From contig JAUCBJ010002087.1 of NCBI GenBank assembly GCA_032718475.1, positions 438 through 64,437 of the forward strand: a DNA stretch of 64,000 nucleotides, written 5' to 3'. Shown one piece after another: positions 62,191 to 64,000 of the stretch (positions are counted from its first letter, which is position 1; each line of letters opens with the position of its first letter). A program made the translations under genes and the position numbers. Below the pieces are notes generated by a model. The model saw only the letters and a list, made by a program, of their open reading frames with translations. It was not told the origin of the DNA and made no database searches. The DNA comes from Nemertoderma westbladi. Its lineage: Eukaryota > Animalia > Xenacoelomorpha.

Positions 62191-62382
62191 ATGCATTCCC
62201 TGGATTAACGACTCTAAAAGATTCTCCCATTCAATAATTCGTTTCCATAAAACATTTACAATATATTACAGTATTATGTAGTTATGGAAAGTACCGGTAA
62301 CAATATAAAATGAGTATGAGTAAACAACCTGTGGGTCTTTTTGGGACCAATTAATATTTTATACACGATATTATTTCTGTAT

Positions 62383-63385
62383 TTACACATTAGACCTACT
62401 TTTTCTTACTCTGTGATAAAATTGATAAACAACCGAGAAGTCCTTTCCATCATAACCACTGGCGACCAACAGTCTGTACAAAGAATGGGCCAACCCACCC
62501 AAAGGGGTTGGGCACGCATTAGCGGTGGCGGCGTCCTGTGCAATCCCCAAATCCTTGAGCATCAAGGCAGCCCCGAAGCCACCCTCGTAACCTCGCCCAC
62601 TGGGTACACCTTCTACAATGCCCGGGACAGGGTTATACACCTCCGAGGCCCAACATCGACCGCTCGAACTATTAATAACCCGCGCCAACACAACCGGATC
62701 CAATCCCAATTTCTCCCCGAGGTTCATTGCTTCTGAGGTACCAATCATTGATATCCTAACAACATATTGTTACATATTTTTGCGGCCTGTCCTGAGCCAA
62801 CTTGTTCACCACAATGGACTACGTTTTTACCATTAATTTCAGTAGCGGTTCAATTAAACCGAATTCTTTATCGCGTCCACCTACCATGAAGGTAATAGCG
62901 GCGTTCTCTGCCGCCACAACGCCGCCCGACACAGGTGCGTCCAGATAAGTGGCGCCGGAATCGCCACATATGAGCGCCACATCTCGCGACACTTGGGGGT
63001 CGATAGTGGATGAATCAATTAAAATAGATCCGGGGCGAACCGACGACAATATACCACTGGTTCCGTTCAGATAAACCTCCTTGACGTTGCCACTGTTTGG
63101 TAGCATTGTGACTACGAGGTCTACAGCAGCAGCCACCTCCATGGGACTACCGAGTACTGTAGCTCCCCGCTGGGCGGCGTCCTCGAGCGCGCTAGGGTTT
63201 ACGTCGTACGCAAACAAAGCATGGCCTTCCTTCATTAAATTGTTAGCCATGTGACGGCCCATGTTCCCCAATCCAATAAAGCCGATTGGAGTTTTGTCTG
63301 ATATTTTGCCATATGAACGTCGAAATTTGGTTAATCGCCGAGAATTGTTTGCAAAACAAGTAATAATTTTCTTGACACTCAACAT
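62383..63385 (-). CDS. HIBADH: 3-hydroxyisobutyrate dehydrogenase, mitochondrial; intronless, two apparent 1-bp deletions (~62831, ~62755)
   Basis: IGFIGLGNMG, IDSSTIDP, LDAPVSGG and FMVGG, then an off-frame GKNVVHCGEQVGSGQAAKICNNMLL, then ISMIGTSEAMNLG..SSGRCW..KDFSVVY. Confidence 0.9.
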
Positions 63386-64000
63386 AATTTTGTAATTGTA
63401 ATAATGTAAGCAATACAGAAATACGGAAATCTTGAATACACAGATCTGCAGATACCAGGATATCAGGGATACAGGGCTGCAGTTCAGCAGATTCTTACAG
63501 CAATACTACACTACAGTACTGGTTCCCTAGCCTAGCACCAACAGTACCGGTATGTGCGGTATGCAGAGGTAACGGCAGTTAAACGAATATGTCTTAAACA
63601 GACTCAAAGAAACATAGGGGATTGGAAGATGCGAACCATCTCCTCCCATCTAATGTAATACACATTCGCCTAGGCAAACAAATCATAATCACAATTAGTG
63701 CGATGTGTGAATTGTAATCCATATCCGCAACACAACCTGGAAACGGCCCCAAATTGCAGTTTATACTGCGGACAGGCGGAGGGTCTTCTGTATTAGATAA
63801 ATAAAATAAAGAACACTAATTACATACATTCTCAGTTAGCCTAATAAAAACATCGGAGCAACCAATATAATGTACATGTACAAGCCTCCTATGAAAGTTT
63901 GTGAAATGTTCCCTTAAGTCTACCCAACAGCTGTTGGTACCCGGCTGCACCCCTGTTCAGTTTTCTGGTTTTTTTAGTTTAATCGACAACTGTTGTAAAC

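Noticed and set aside
61990-62230. 21-aa repeat proteins
   Set aside because: Translations of a 63-bp minisatellite downstream of HIBADH
62749-62830. Short intron in HIBADH
   Set aside because: The interval encodes the conserved catalytic-lysine segment in a shifted frame and lacks a fitting acceptor

Overview
AT-rich, repeat-dense animal (probably invertebrate) genomic DNA. There are three host genes, all on the minus strand and unusually intron-poor: an intronless prominin (3621-6446), mitochondrial IDH2 with one 163-bp intron (56882-58403), and an intronless HIBADH broken by two 1-bp frameshifts (62383-63385). The centre of the window is a 31.9-kb nested retrotransposon cluster. The outer element A is a BEL/Pao element (11641-43494, minus strand, TSD CCACA, ~2.15-kb LTRs). 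Its 3' LTR contains a CsRn1-type Gypsy element B (13018-17373). Its 5' LTR contains a 5'-truncated LINE (28964-29583) and a young, RT/integrase-less BEL/Pao element C (30602-42427). An 8-kb two-variant 17-bp satellite follows, interrupted by an RTE-like LINE tail. The main finding is that neither BEL/Pao element has a tRNA primer-binding site. In each, the 10-11 nt abutting the 5' LTR is the exact reverse complement of a sequence inside its own LTR, the geometry of Tf1-type self-priming. Both also carry apparently related, unidentified accessory ORFs in the env position; the one in C has three zinc knuckles. Family assignments come from motif recognition only; no database searches were run.
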